Assembly: GCA_051294905.1 (NCBI GenBank)
Contig: CM119384.1
Location: 15,748,001-15,812,000, forward strand
Length of the DNA: 64,000 nucleotides
Source: Botryllus schlosseri
Lineage: Eukaryota
Direction of reading: 5' to 3'
Both the position numbers and the translations under genes were made by a program. Position 1 is the stretch's first letter. Each line of letters begins with the position of its first letter. This document shows positions 38,361 through 52,304 of the stretch, one piece after another. The notes under the pieces were generated by a model. It did no database searches and was not told the DNA's origin. It saw only the letters and a program-made list of their open reading frames with translations.

Positions 38361-41300
38361 TGGTACTCGGGCCTTGGTCCACCACCGGCCCGGAGTATGT
38401 CTTTGCACACTGTTATTTTTATTCTGTGAATGTGTGACAGTATTTTCGTGCCGTGCGTTATGTAACTCGAAAAACACAGTTTTACTCACCGCGCCATCTT
38501 CTTTAAAACACAGTCCATCGGACCGTTCAGTACAAAACTTGCCGTATTTACACTACCTATACTTTATTTACTTGCCTGCGTTAGCTCAGTATTAAACGAC
38601 CAGGGTTTTTTTAAACTCCAACAGACGCGTCTACTAATCGCTGTTTTTGTAGTTCCACGATTCGCACAGATACTGTATTGTGACATTTCTTGTTTTCGTA
38701 ATGTTACTCTTTGATTCATACAGCACTTTTATTTGCGCATTTCCTGTTTGAAGTTCGCCGACCTTGTTTTTGATTCGATTATTCCGTCGCTACGCAGAAC
38801 GTAGCACTGTTTGCTCTGCGGCCCAGACGCACATTGATTTACCAATCACCCAGCACCTGTTGGTGATCAGTGTGTGCCGCCGACGTTTGCGCTGCGAACC
38901 GGCCCCTATTCTGTCAATTATCCTGCGAAAAAACGCCGGAATGCTCTTACCGTAATCTTCCAGTTTAGATTGATTGCTTGTTGCTATTTTAGTTCTGATC
39001 GCCTATGCTGACTTTAAACGCGATAGTGTTACAGTTAGATTGTAAACCCACTATTGGTATCTTGCGTTAATTCAACACAAACCCTCTCTCTGCGATAGAA
39101 TATCGGGTTGGTTAAATTTTAATACGCGCAGTCGCGCATATGGTGTGGAGGTACGGTGTATAAAATCAATCATCGTACAGGTTTTGTAGGCCTACCAGCC
39201 GACAGAGTTGAAGTAAGACTATTAACACGCAACCGCGCGCACGCAATGAACTTACACGACCTCACGCTCCAATTGATGCCTCGAATCGACCAACTAGCTG
39301 CCCAAATTACTATATAACTGGCTTTGTATTTCTTTAAGTTAAGTGTTACGAGCAACGGCGCATGCAAATCAAAATCCGCGTTTACGAGGCCGCTTGTATT
39401 TGATCAGGCTGATTTTGATTCGCTGGCCGTTATTACTGTTAAATAACTGGTACGTTCGCACTCAGTTCAAACGCTTCTTGGTGGCGGTTGATTCGCAGTT
39501 GTGCTGCGAAAGTGACGACCAACCTCGAACAGACCGCGTCCGTTGCCCCTTGCCTACTATGCGATTTCTAGGAAAAGGTCAACGAACCCATGAATTGTGC
39601 TGATATTTGGAAATTATTATATCGGCGTAAAATACTGCTAATCTCCTAATAGCCGCCGAGCCCTCAAGTTTTGTATGCGAGTTGTGGTTGGAGTGCCCGC
39701 TGCGTTAAACTATTATGAAATTTGGTAACGTTTCGACCTCGCTGACTTTTCGTATCTTTTTTGAATCAATTCTCCGTAATTACGACACAACTACCCGCCG
39801 ATGAATATGTGCTATTAGCGTGTTGATTGCCGCACCGTGTAATTGGGACGGTACATATATTTACGGTACCGCTCCCAATTTCAAATAAGGGAATGTTTAC
39901 TATATTACGTAGCGCATTCTTTTGCGGCCTTGTTGATTGGCGTATAAGCTTAATGGTTACTATTTTTTTCAATAATGTACATTGTACAATGTACAGACTC
40001 GCGTTCCAGTGTCTCTGTTGGCATAATGCGGTTGACGTAATGTTCTATTATACTTCAATTCGTTTTGATTTTTACCTTGTCGATATGCGCATGCGCGTGA
40101 TGTCATGTGCCCCGTATGGGTCTTTGAAAGATCTGATGTTAGGTATCGGGAAACTTAGCGGTGACAGGCAATGAAATACAACTCCTTTACAGCGAAAAAT
40201 GGCCCCGCACGCGTTGAGTGGCGAGTAATCTAACCACGTAAACAAGCCCTTAATGTTGCCGTAGGCTTATTTCGACTCTCATATACGCTCCGAACGGAGA
40301 TATTATCACTTGAACACTGTTCTAACCCATAGCGGTCAATCTCTTTGTGCCGTAATATTTTCTTTCGATTGATTTCAATGCATTTCTTGTTTGCGTACTG
40401 ACTTCATGTACACATAGCATCAGTATTGTTACATTACGGTTAGCCGTGTTCTTGTACCTCTTCGGATATATGTTCTATCCGTTATCGCTATTTGTCCTGT
40501 GTACTGCTCGTCACTGTGACATGTTACTCCGACTTCAAAATCTATATACTGGATGTGTAACACTTTTTAAGCGCGAACCCTTTTGGGTGGTTGCGTGGAC
40601 CCCATAACCGCTGTATTTAGGAAGCTGATAACTAGGAAAATTTCATCACTTTCCCCTAATCACGTGAATATAACAGAATATAACACAAAATAACGACAAA
40701 TGGTAAAACAGCGACTGCCCTTATATGGACAATGCAGAATTTATTGTTGTAATTTCAACATTGGCCTTTCATGGACCCCTTGAAACTAGTTCGTGGCCTC
40801 CAGGGGACCCAAAGTTAAGGGTATTTGACAATCCTATGGGTGTTTTAGAATCTCCATTGGAAATTAGGGACATTGCGGTGATCCGTGCGTCATATCGCTA
40901 CACCAAGTGAATCGGAACGCGTGTTTGCCGACTGTGTAGACCTGGCCTGTTTGTCTTTGTGCGCGGTTGGTATCCAAGGTGCGACATCTGGTACACGGGC
41001 AGATGTACTGATTAATCAGATCCAATCTCGTCTGTAATCACCGCGCACTTCCTGCTAGTCAGTCACGTTAACTGTACAGTGTACATTGTACAAAGGGTAG
41101 CGCCAGTTTTCACACATTTTGACGGCCTCGTTGGCACGGCATCCCGCTAACAATTTCCGTGTTAACAACCGGAAATTAGGCCAATAACGAAAGTCGCACT
41201 AGTGTCGGCACGATGGAGGTAATTATCTTTTCCATCTCCGGCTCCGGATGCTGTTTGCTCGACAGCGTGCTATTTCCAGCGCGTTGTTGAGTTTGAGAGG

Positions 41301-41849
41301 TGAATGGGGTGTTTGTTTGACAGCCACAAATGCGAAGTGTAAAGCTTCATGTTTGCTTCTGCGGGAGTGCCTTCGATTTGATACTATTGCTACAGCCCGA
41401 ATGATAACGCCGGTGTTTAATTGAAAGCGGCGCGACCGCCGAATGAATATGTTAGCTCGATATGATGCACCCGGTGTTATTAATCTTCGCTCGGTTGATA
41501 AATTCGCGAATCGCTTGGGTAAATAAACACCCGGTTGGCTGTTTTGTGAGTTTTTAACGGCGGTGCGTGCCGTTTGCGTCAGTGGTTCAGATGCATCGAT
41601 GCGTGTTGCTTCGTTACTGAGTCGAGTGTAAGCTAAACGCCGGCACAGGCAATCTGTCATGAATTTACGTTTCGGATATTGTCACGTCACACTGATAAAA
41701 ATTTATGTGTCTTTCGTTTTCCGCACGACCCGCGCTGCTCTCGTCTGAGTACATAGCGAAATTGTGGTGTTGGCTGATTTTAAACTGAATACCGCAAGCC
41801 AATTTTAACGCGCAAATGGTTTTTACCCCGTCGAATATAGGCGCGCGGG

Positions 41850-41992
41850 TATGATTTTTTACAAAAAAAGGAAAATTTTGATCTAAAAAATCAAAATTTT
41901 GACCTTTTTTGAACTTGAAAACCTAATTTTGACCTAACGCTCAATTTTTACAAAATTTTGATTTTTTTTGACTTGTCAAAAAAATCGCCCTA
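41850..41992 (+). mobile_element. Short copy of the TAGGGCGATTTTTT hAT family
   Basis: Right end gtcaaaaaaatcgcccta is identical to that at about 19139-19156; TTTTGACC repeats. Confidence 0.65.
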
Positions 41993-43879
41993 CTGATTAC
42001 ACCTCGAATTGTAAAATCAGTGAAACACCCATAACTGCAATCTGTCGGAAATTTGGACTCAGGGTGCTTTGGTGGAGACCCCAACGTTGGCGAAAATTTG
42101 GTGCGAAATGGTCGGCTTTGATCAAAAAAAAACTTGCGTGATTTTTGAAACTAGTCTTCTGCAGGCGTTTTCACGGTACATCGCTTTATGACGTCACATC
42201 AAAACAGAGGCATATGTTGATTGCCAAATGCGTCAGACCCGTCGCCAGTTATTTGTCTTGTAGCCGGCGCACCGCTATCGTAAATTTTAATTGATCGGAT
42301 TTAAGCGGTCCCGGTACGACCCGCAGTCTTCTGTTATTCTATTTCCGATATCGATCGCCCTATTCTTAGTCTTGTTTATCGGTTCAAGTCGCTGTGACGC
42401 CTTACGCTACGTCAGCGAATCGCTACCCATCTTATCTCCTCCATAGGCGCGTTCTTCTCCTTAGCTCTCGACGCGCACCTCTGGGTTGTTTTGTCGGGAT
42501 GATAAATGTATTACGGGTGTGTCTTCACAGTATTGTCGAAACGGCGCGGGTGGATCGCTGTTGCCTTAGTGCGTTACGAACGCATTTCGACCAGCGACAG
42601 TGAAAACATGTTTTCATTGCGCGACTCTCAACCTTGCCTTTATAATAAGCGATACCTTTGAATTCATAGGACCGTGGCGGCGTAGTGTAGTGTAGAAAAT
42701 ACCTGTAGCATTTTTTAGGCGTATCGCATGGGTAGTCGCCCTAGAATTCGGTAGCGCTCGCGGATAAACCGGCTTTGAACTGACGCCTTCGCTGTTGTAA
42801 ATTTACCCGTCGGCGGGTTACGGCGACTGCGTATTGCCGGCGGAGGGATTAATTTTTGAAACGTGACTGTGTGATTTGCCCACGAAAACCTATTGTTATC
42901 GCACTGTCAGGTGTGCGGTTCGTGTTATAATGATCGGAATGTTCTGTGTGTCGGCGTTTCGCGAGGCGGTTGCGAATCTACGTAATGGCGATCGATTTTG
43001 CTCCGTAAATGACTGTTTGGACATCATTTCCCTTGCTGCACCCGACGACTACCTTTTTGTACTGGATTGTCGGTAGGAATACACGATACAAGCCGATTTC
43101 GAAAGTGTCCCGTGCTTTAGTCGTAAACCGGATTTGACTACTTTCGGAATAACTTGATACACATTCGCGACGGTGCAAAATCACTGATGACACTACAGAT
43201 GGAGCAATTTTAAAAAATATATTTTGCTGCCATCACACAGGGACGATTTCGGCGAGTTGATATGATAATCTCTCTAACAAGACCGATACAAATCGATCAC
43301 AAAATTTCTTTCCACTTTACAATAGCCAAGGCGTATAAAGTAAACAGTTTTGCGTCAAACACTTTAGTGGAAAATGATGCAGTCTAAAAGCATAGCAACT
43401 TGAGCAATTGGTGCTTATAGGCGAAACCTATACTTGATTAATCTGAAAATGTGGAAGTATTTTATCACTGGTCGCCTTTAGAAGCCGCTGTGATTGTTTC
43501 AAGGTTGTTTCGCACGCTGTCGATAACGCAAACTGTTGTTGTTGTTGCTGCCGTTCCGTACAGAATTACCGAACCGTTATCCGAATCGGTCATCCACAAA
43601 TTATTTATTATCGTGGTATTCCGGTGAGATTTAGCGCTATTTCTCAATACCGACGCGAACCCTTTAAGCGCAATTAGCCGAATTCGCTCCTCGTATAGAA
43701 AAACAACTTAAACACCGAACAGCGCAATGTATTTTCGGCACCGTATCGGAACCAAGATACTCCGCCGATTCGATATTCGGATTACATCATTCGGGATGGG
43801 AACAAGATGCTATTCGATTCTAATCTAATTGAGCAATAACTCGGATTTTACGGGCTTACGCACCGCACTTATGTTTCTC

Positions 43880-44309
43880 CAGGGATGGGTAATTTAGTAA
43901 GACATGCTACTCAAGTAGAACTAACACCGTCAATTTCTACTTGATTACCAGTGGGAGTAAAAATCGAAAGGTCCGAAAAGTAGTTTCAAAGAGTAGATTT
44001 CGTCAATAGGTCCCATACTTTTAGCAGTTGATTGGAGGTTCCGCAAACAGGTACAATCTTCGACCATATATTCAGTAACCGTGATACAGGGACTATTTCA
44101 CGCCGTTCCTGTAACAACTGCACTCCCGAAAGTTACGCAAACATGTCACAAGACTGCTTTCTACTCTCATATTCCAAAGTGTAAAAAGTGACTATCTTTT
44201 CTCCCACAAAATGTTAAGTAGAGGTGGAGGTAGCCAATGCCTGCCCGAGTAATCCCAAAAGTAGAAGTAACTCGTTACTGAGTTACCAAGTGACCAGTGA
44301 CCAGCCCTG
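43880..44309. mobile_element. AGTA-motif family hAT-like element
   Basis: Ends CAGGGATGGGTAA / accagccctg; actcaagtag and aagtag motifs; no clear TSD. Confidence 0.5.
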
Positions 44310-45208
44310 GATGTTGACTGGAGCGAGTCTTGCGATCCAATGAAAGGTTTGCTAATTAAGGCCTGGAGAAGTCGACTTTAACTCGCACGCAAACGCAGTG
44401 ACCAGCGTAATCCAGACGATGAAATTCCGGAATATAAGCCCGACGCCGTCATCTTGTGAGATGTGCGATGACTCGATCTGGCCTGGATAAGCTCATTGCG
44501 CGGATGACGTTTTATTGGTTGCGTTGATCCGTCACGGTTTGACTGATCAGCCGGGGTTATTAAATCGCCTGGTTTCTTATCAGGTTATTACCGCGCGCAA
44601 CTGTGACGATGTTTTATGACTCGCATCGACAGAAAGGAATATCTCTGTTCGTTTAAGAATTCAATATGATTATGATATTGGAAATACGCCACTCTGGAAC
44701 ACTATTGGATACTTGTGTTTGGACTTTGAAGCTAAAGCAATCTTCAGTGATACGCTCGTTTCTGATCCGGTGTGTACACTGACACTATAAACCGGCCTTT
44801 ACGTAGATTACCTGTCTTCCCATTATTCTGACAACCTATAGTCCAAAACATTTCCCGAATTGATAACGTTTGCAAACCTTGCTGCATTACATAATTCCGC
44901 GCGGATTGCAAACGCCGCGCCTACTCGGATGGATTCCACTCGTAAACGTCATAACCGACGCGCATGTCAAAATATTGTCATTGCTCGAGCACTCGCGCCA
45001 CACTTCATGGCCGTGTTGCCGTAATTCCAGGCAAACTGCCAACTTTTTAGTAATTGTTTACCTCGATCGCGCCATCTCATGCTCTGTCACGTTGAATACC
45101 ATATTTGCACTCCAATCGCACAATTCGGCCGTGCTTGGCAATGTCACAAGTGTACACCGGACAGGTACACTCATGACCATGGTACACTGTAGAGTGTACA
45201 GTGTACAC

Positions 45209-45363
45209 TAGGGCTCTTCAAAAATGACTTTTTTTCTCAAATCGCACTGGCTACTTGATAAAATTGTTAGGTTACCTAATTTAAGCCTACACAATTTTAA
45301 CATAACAATTTTATGAAGTAGCCAGTGCGATTTGAGAAAAAAAGTCATTTTTGAAGAGCCCTA
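45209..45363. mobile_element. 155-bp near-perfect hairpin hAT MITE
   Basis: About 60-bp TIR TAGGGCTCTTCAAAAATGAC... with 1 mismatch; perfect palindromic TSD gtgtacac. Confidence 0.92.
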
Positions 45364-48300
45364 GTGTACACCGTATCTGCTCACAGTGCAGTGCAGCATA
45401 TATTGCTATATATTGATTTATGACTTTGGTTCTGTCGTGCCGAAATTACGAAAATGCTCAAAAATAGGAATTGATTTTGGTCCTAATATAAAGTAACTTA
45501 TTCGCGCAACTAGATTATTCTAGTTGTGTGTTAAAATTACACTAATTATAGCGAAATGCCGGTTGTCGCTTATCTAATTTGTGAAATGTTTATATTCTCT
45601 AATTCTAATTCGAATCCAATTTGTGATATGCTCAATTGCTCATGCTCATATGTCCACAATGTTTCCTTGCTCTAATTTTGATCTAGCTGAATTTCTTGTT
45701 TTCCTGAAAATTCTACATGAGAACTGTAAAGTGCGAAACAAGCCAAGATTTGTGTACACTGTACAGACACTTGCCACCGTCAATTGTCATGCTTATGAGA
45801 ATAACTCTGATTTTGAATTAGTTTTCCATCTAGTTCAGTTTGATACGAACTGAGCTCTATTTTTGTTATACTTCTTCTTTCTTTCCAAGCTTTTGCAACC
45901 CATCGTTGTAGCTGCGACCCATCGTTGCGGCTGTACCCGCTGTCCATCCACTTCTGACAGATTTGTCACACCCGCGATAACAGCTCTTGAATAGCAATGC
46001 AATCTGTCCGACCGGTTCCGATTCCTCGTTACATATGGGATGTTCGCGCAATGATTTATCACAGATTATGTTATCGCGCGTCGTGATCGATGGATTCCAG
46101 ATATTCTAATGTAACCTCTGACCCTGAAATAATTTCGCGGACTATGGCAGAGCCATTATAACGTGATCACTGATCATTGAACAGTGTGATCGCTGACCTG
46201 TAATTACGAAACTGACTTCTGGGAAAATGATAGATATGTATTTCGTCATGACTGCGCTGCAGCACGTACGTTTGTTGCCAGCCAACTTTTATTGGTCTGC
46301 CAATTATCTGCGGACCGCACGCTGACATATTTAGTGACTTTAAAAAGCTAATAACCAATCGTATGTGATGACATGCAAGCTTTTTATTTGGCTTGCCCCC
46401 GATTTTTCAGGGCAATCAGAGATAGCACAGCATATTTCAATTTGGATTGAAGACATTCACTTTACCTAGAAGTTTGACGACTGACAATCGGCCCACACAG
46501 GCTGAGCAACTTACTAAATGGCCATTGGTTTAGTTGAGCCACAATTCTCATAATTCCGCCAGTATAAAAACCCAAGTCATACACGTTACTTGCGATTTAC
46601 CCAATTTTGTTTCAAAATGATGTGATATATTGTTGATCTCTATCGCATGTTATCGTAGTTCAATCTGGATTAGCATATTTTCGTAATGTATTTGATGTGT
46701 GCCTGGACCTTTTCCGAGTGCTGTACACTGTGTGTAATAAATGGGCATATTTTCCTGCACTACGGGATGGCTGTTTTCAGTATTTTGCTAGCTTGCTGGA
46801 GACTTACAAGGGGCGTGTTTAAGTACGTTGTTTTGATGGCGTGTCGACCAACGCTATTGGACGCTTTACTTTCCGCATTCTTTATGACATCACAAACGAC
46901 GTCACAGGGTGAATACGTAAACAGAAGAAATTTCGTGAGATTGCACACTGCGCTGTGTTGGGTTATGCAATTGATTTGGAGGTTTTCTTATCCGATGACA
47001 TGAATGTATTTGGTACACGCCTATCCGATTTTACATTTTCCGCCATAGCGAGCGAGCGCAGCGTCGCAAGTCCATAGAATTGCAGCATAGAACCACCTCC
47101 TTGAGCTGTTTTTGTGAAATGTTATTCAGACTTTCTCGACGTTACGTTCGGTCACTGGATTCGAGAGAGGCCTCAAGATCTCGCCACTTCGCTCGAAATG
47201 TCAAACACCATCCCGGCGCTACAATTGCGCTATGCAAGAAGCGATTTCGTTTACCTCAGTTCTTATGAGATTATACCATAGGTTAATAGGGATTCGCCAG
47301 CAAAATATAAGGCAGTCGCAAGCTCACTATCCTGTTGTGCGGAGGCTCTATCAAAATGCAGAGTAGATTAGTAGGGCGAAAGTGTTATTATCATTCACAC
47401 TCAACTTCTGCTACTATTGACGTCACAATGGTAAGTTGAAGAGCAAATGGAAAGTTTCATGTATTTACTGGACTTGAAGTGTAACCTCATAACATCAAGC
47501 GAGCATCACTATCTCTCGAGTGGGGTGCTTTCGATCTCTTGTCGTAAGATAGATTTAAATCACGACAGCCCGTATCGAGTTTCAATTGTTTGAGAATGGT
47601 CTATTCGACTCACTGGTAATGTTAACTCCAAATCTTATCTTTTGCCGCAGGATTTTCACATCGTCCTGCAAGGCTACATACCTTGAGGCTGTACGTTGCT
47701 GGTGAAAAAATACGAAATGCCGTCGTCATGCTACCACGCTCGTAATCTCACATAACTTGCAACTCACCGCGTATCGATTTCATTCTTTAAGCGAGCTTGG
47801 CAGACGCAGAATTGAGGCCAGGATGCAGTCACGTGTATAGCGCATCAAGAAGTCGACCCCAATTATGTGGCCCGGTGGTAACATTATCAAAGAAGTCGTT
47901 CGTTATCTGTCTTTCTCAAAAGGGCTCTAAAGCAAACACAAGACTACGGCCTTGATTCCATTCCGCTTAATGAAGACTTATCGCCGGCGTTTCGTAGTGC
48001 ATTAGTTAACAGTATTTTATCTGAAGTGCAAGCCGCCATGACCCAAATTTTCGCGCTGACATGTTACTCTTGGCTATAAAAATCTTACATTACAATGTCC
48101 CGCGGGAATTTGTCTTTCTGACGGGAAGTCAGCATTATGTTTGTGATTAAGATTAGTATAGGTCTGAGAATATTGATTTTATTGCAAGGTCATTGATTTG
48201 TTACTCACGCCTTCATACCAGAGGTTTTTCCCCAGCTGCAGTTTCATTCATTGTGCTGCGACAAATTTTCAGGCAATACAGCGGTGTAAAAGCTGTGTCG

Positions 48301-50902
48301 GACATATTACGTAGATGTTGGCATTGATCGGGATTGCGATTTGTCTCATTGCAGTGCTGAAGTGATGTTGTCTGTGTAATTGGCGCTTTCGACAGCAAAT
48401 TCAGAGTGCATTTAACGGTAGAGATGTGTGTGAGCGGAAGTAAGTCACGTAACAAAAGCCACCATTGCTTGTTATCGGGTCATCTTATTTCTTATTGTTG
48501 CGTCACTTTCGTTTGTCACGACGTAGTGACGTCACTTCATTGCGGAAAGCCGTTTATGGCCGTTTTGAATCGTGGCGCGAGGCATGGTTCTTCCTACTAA
48601 ACCTTTATTTTATCTAGTTTCGCACCCGAAATTAATACCATCACTTCTGCGAAAAATAGATTACATAACAATGAATTGGATCACAAAATGCCTCGGGCAT
48701 TACTGAATATCTTTGACATGTTTTCCCGTATTGCAATTACGATACGAAAATATAGAACTAATTTCTCCTCGAACAGCACACCCTAATGTTGATTGATCAT
48801 TGAATCATAAATCCTGTCACGACAATCGTAATTGCTTTCCTGCTATTTCCTATCGCTGTCATTTCGTCACGCCCGCCACTCGATCGTGCGCAAACTCGTT
48901 TGGGTTCATGGGAATAAATAGCTCGTTAATGGGAGTTCACAGCGAATGGCCCATTTCTAACAGGTTAATTTCTCCTGGGTATCTAACGTGTGCTTTTTGT
49001 TCGGTATTCATGTTAATGTTACGTGCCACTATTTATTCCCATTCACGATGTACATTGGGGTAGTATGCTTATTGATTTTGTTACATCCGGCCTCTCTAAT
49101 CGTGATTTGTGTCTTGACTTCTGTAGGACGGCTGATATCTCCCAGCACAAAAATTTATGCTGTGCGTCTCAGTGATTCTGTTGCATTACAAAAAGTTGCG
49201 ATTCCTCGCAAACAGTACAGAAGCTACGTAAGTTTTGTCGTCGACTGTTAGTGTTTACCTGACGTAAGATATGCACGATTTCGAGGTCACTGGCCCCGAG
49301 GCAAGGCTGCGGCACAATCAAGTCGAGGCTTGATCCTGAGCAATCGCAATCACTTCACGTTGAAATGTTTCTTTGTCCGATTCGGACAAATTGTGAACAG
49401 TTCATTACGCAGTGCAACTTCGTGCCTGTTTTATATCGCAGATTATCCCATAAATTCCCTAATACGTATACAGCATAGCGGATGGCTATTACACTCCAGC
49501 CAACATATATGTATCTATCGCCTAAATTACTTCATTTGAAAGTAAGCCCGTTGATCTAACACTGTGGCCTCTCAGTTTTCCCTCAGTCGCGCTGGGAGTA
49601 TTATTTATTAGCCTCTGTCGCTTAATAACTTACAATGTATTAATTTCCCGACATTTTATCACTCTGTAGCAGAGTGGGTTAACGTTCAGACCGTTCAACT
49701 CGATTATTTGCAGTGCCGTTGGCAAAACATATTTGTATTTTGTTGTGATGGCCCCGGGGTATGGTCGGAAACTGAGAAATTCAGCTCGGAAGCGATGTCG
49801 AGATTTTTATGTACACAACTTCGAGCAATTAGTACAGTGGGAGTTCGAGGAAGGGCTACTAACTAGTAACGAGACGCGTTCACTTTGTCGGTAATTTGTG
49901 ATTCGCGTATTTCGCTGAAACAACTTTTTGTAACGCGAAACATATGCACTGCACTGCGAAAATGTGTCAGAAAGGTCTTGTAAGTCTTAAAGCGTAAATA
50001 TGGCCGTAAATATTCAAGTGCTTTTCACTGCATACGTTACTTATACACATTGTAGTCTACTTCCGCTTTGACTGTCGAAGTCAGATCAGTTGTTTCTCTC
50101 GAAATTCCGTCCAGTGAAAAGGGGATTGTGGATAGGTTTGCAGAATTTGCGAAATCTTCCTTCCCTATACCACTACCGATACGGTATTCTTCTCAAAATC
50201 CCAGCCCATTCTGGCAAACGTCCATCCGATGTAATCCGTCTTGTAATTTTGGATAGGGTTCTGGTACCTGCAGATTCACGAATAACAACAAATGACTCAT
50301 CGCCACATATATATTCCAAAAGATAGTAACGTCTAACTAAGTTGTGACTATTGTGCAACTACTTTTGGAAAGTCACTCTTTGCACTTGACAACCGTCAAA
50401 GGTATTACTTCGGTTATCTCAATGGACTTATCGAGGAGGGAATAAAAGGCGTCTTCGCCCCCCTCCCCCAAAAAAAAATGCAATTCGTTTTCACTGCGTC
50501 CCCGCAGAATTTCTCCACCGTCAAATCTTGTATTTCCCATCCCAAATTTCATCCCTGATAACAATGTGTCCTCTCCCATTCACCGGGGAATATGATATGC
50601 AGTGCTGCTAATTTTCGTACGATTACATTGCATATGCGTACTATCTGCACTGCATAGGTGTAATGTAATTTTGACGAAATGCGAGCGTGTCGAATTCCTA
50701 GGTAAGAAGCACTTATCATTGCCGAGATTTTGGTATGATATCGCCTCGCCGTCGAGCTTGTTTATGTTGGAGAATGATTGCCGATACGTCACACGAGGCT
50801 CACTTATGTATTTTGCCGGTACACAAAAGCAGGCAAATCCCACTCGAAAATTTCGCTGCTCCAAAACAACTCATTGCTATTGAACAGGGAAGGATACTCG
50901 CC

Positions 50903-50925
50903 GGGCATGTGCGCCGGGCATGCTC
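50903..50925. promoter_or_regulatory. Candidate p53-family response element
   Basis: GGGCATGTGC (9/10) + 3-bp spacer + GGGCATGCTC (10/10) versus RRRCWWGYYY; 1.66 kb upstream of the Sestrin ATG. Confidence 0.4.
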
Positions 50926-52085
50926 TCACCAATGCTATTGCACGGCTTGCCATCGTGATCGCAGCGGCAGTACGTCACGCTCTGTACAGTGGCAGTGCCG
51001 ATAAATAACAACTCTCCGAGAATTGGTTTCCAGTTTTCCCGTAATTTCTGTGAGCGTGGCGTCGCATTTGATTCTCTAGAAACAAAAAAAAGTGAATCGT
51101 AAGGAAAGTATTACGCCACAGGGCTACAACAGCCACAATTTTTGTTTCCAAAATACCTTCTCACGTGTTTCAACGTGCCTCGACACGCCTGGATAGGCCG
51201 GACTATTACTCAACTAACTCTGTTCGATCGCTACCGGCCATCTCGAGATGTCGCAATGGTATCGGTACGATTGCGAAATAACACAGTGTCTGATATGTCT
51301 GGACCTGGAGCCCGTTCAATACCCATCAGTCTGAGTCAACATTTTGTTCTTTATATTTCAACGCCGGCTCGCCGCCGGCTTATTCGCGATCTTCAAAGCA
51401 CTTGAATGACCTTTGGAGTGCGTTTACGCTGCGTCGTTAGGGGAAATAGCTCTTCTAAATGTTCCAAAAATCGATCAGCTGTTGCTAACTGGAGAGGGGT
51501 TTCAAGATTTTCGAGCACGGTGAACCTCACACTTGTAACTGTCTCCTCTCAGTTTGTGAGCTACCACAGAGGATTACGGGGCATTGCCGACGCAATTGTA
51601 AAATACAGCCCATTGGTTATTTCGCAATGCGGTTTTGATCTCAGATTTTGAAGTCTTCGGCTCACAACTCGATGTGTAATTACTGGGTCAAGCAGTCGTT
51701 GCATTATTCATCTCGGCGGGGAGTGAAAAGTGCGTTTTTTTGCGGGTCAGCATTTTTTTAATCTCCCGCGATTGCACGACCGCGATGCCTATAGTATGAC
51801 CGAAGGGCATGTACTATTGTACTTAGACAGCATTCGGCTAACGTTGCTTTCCGCTATACTGATTCGAAAATACCTCTGAGGATTTTAGTTAAATCTCTCC
51901 GCGGTTAACAGTGACGAATCGATGTTATCGGGAATAGCCGAATAATGTAAAATGTAAATACGTAGATAGTCAATTCTGAGATTTTATCACATAGCGAATG
52001 GGAACTATCAACTTTAGAACATAACTCAAGTAGGTTTTGGAAAATTACCTCTCTGCCGCATACTGACTACATTTTTGTGGTGCTG

Positions 52086-52131
52086 TGACGTCTTGATATT
52101 GCATCACACGGATTGCTGCGGATGATGCAAT
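52086..52131. promoter_or_regulatory. Two perfect C/EBP-ATF response elements (CARE/AARE) plus a near-CRE upstream of Sestrin
   Basis: ATTGCATCA at 52098-52106, TGATGCAAT at 52123-52131, TGACGTCT at 52086-52093; about 450-490 bp upstream of the ATG. Confidence 0.6.
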
Positions 52132-52304
52132 TCTGTATAATGTATCGGCGCGCGGCTATGCGCTTTTTTCGATGAAACGTCACATCGAAAGTTCTGAATG
52201 AGCGGTCAATATGACTAACGCTCCTACGTAAATTTGTTAGAAGCATATTCTGATTTTGGAGTCTTACTGCAAAATCCCAACAGCTGATCAGAAGCCAAGC
52301 GGGG

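Noticed and set aside
41223-41660. 145-aa minus-strand ORF
   Set aside because: Arg/Ala-rich composition typical of chance ORFs in CpG-rich non-coding DNA.
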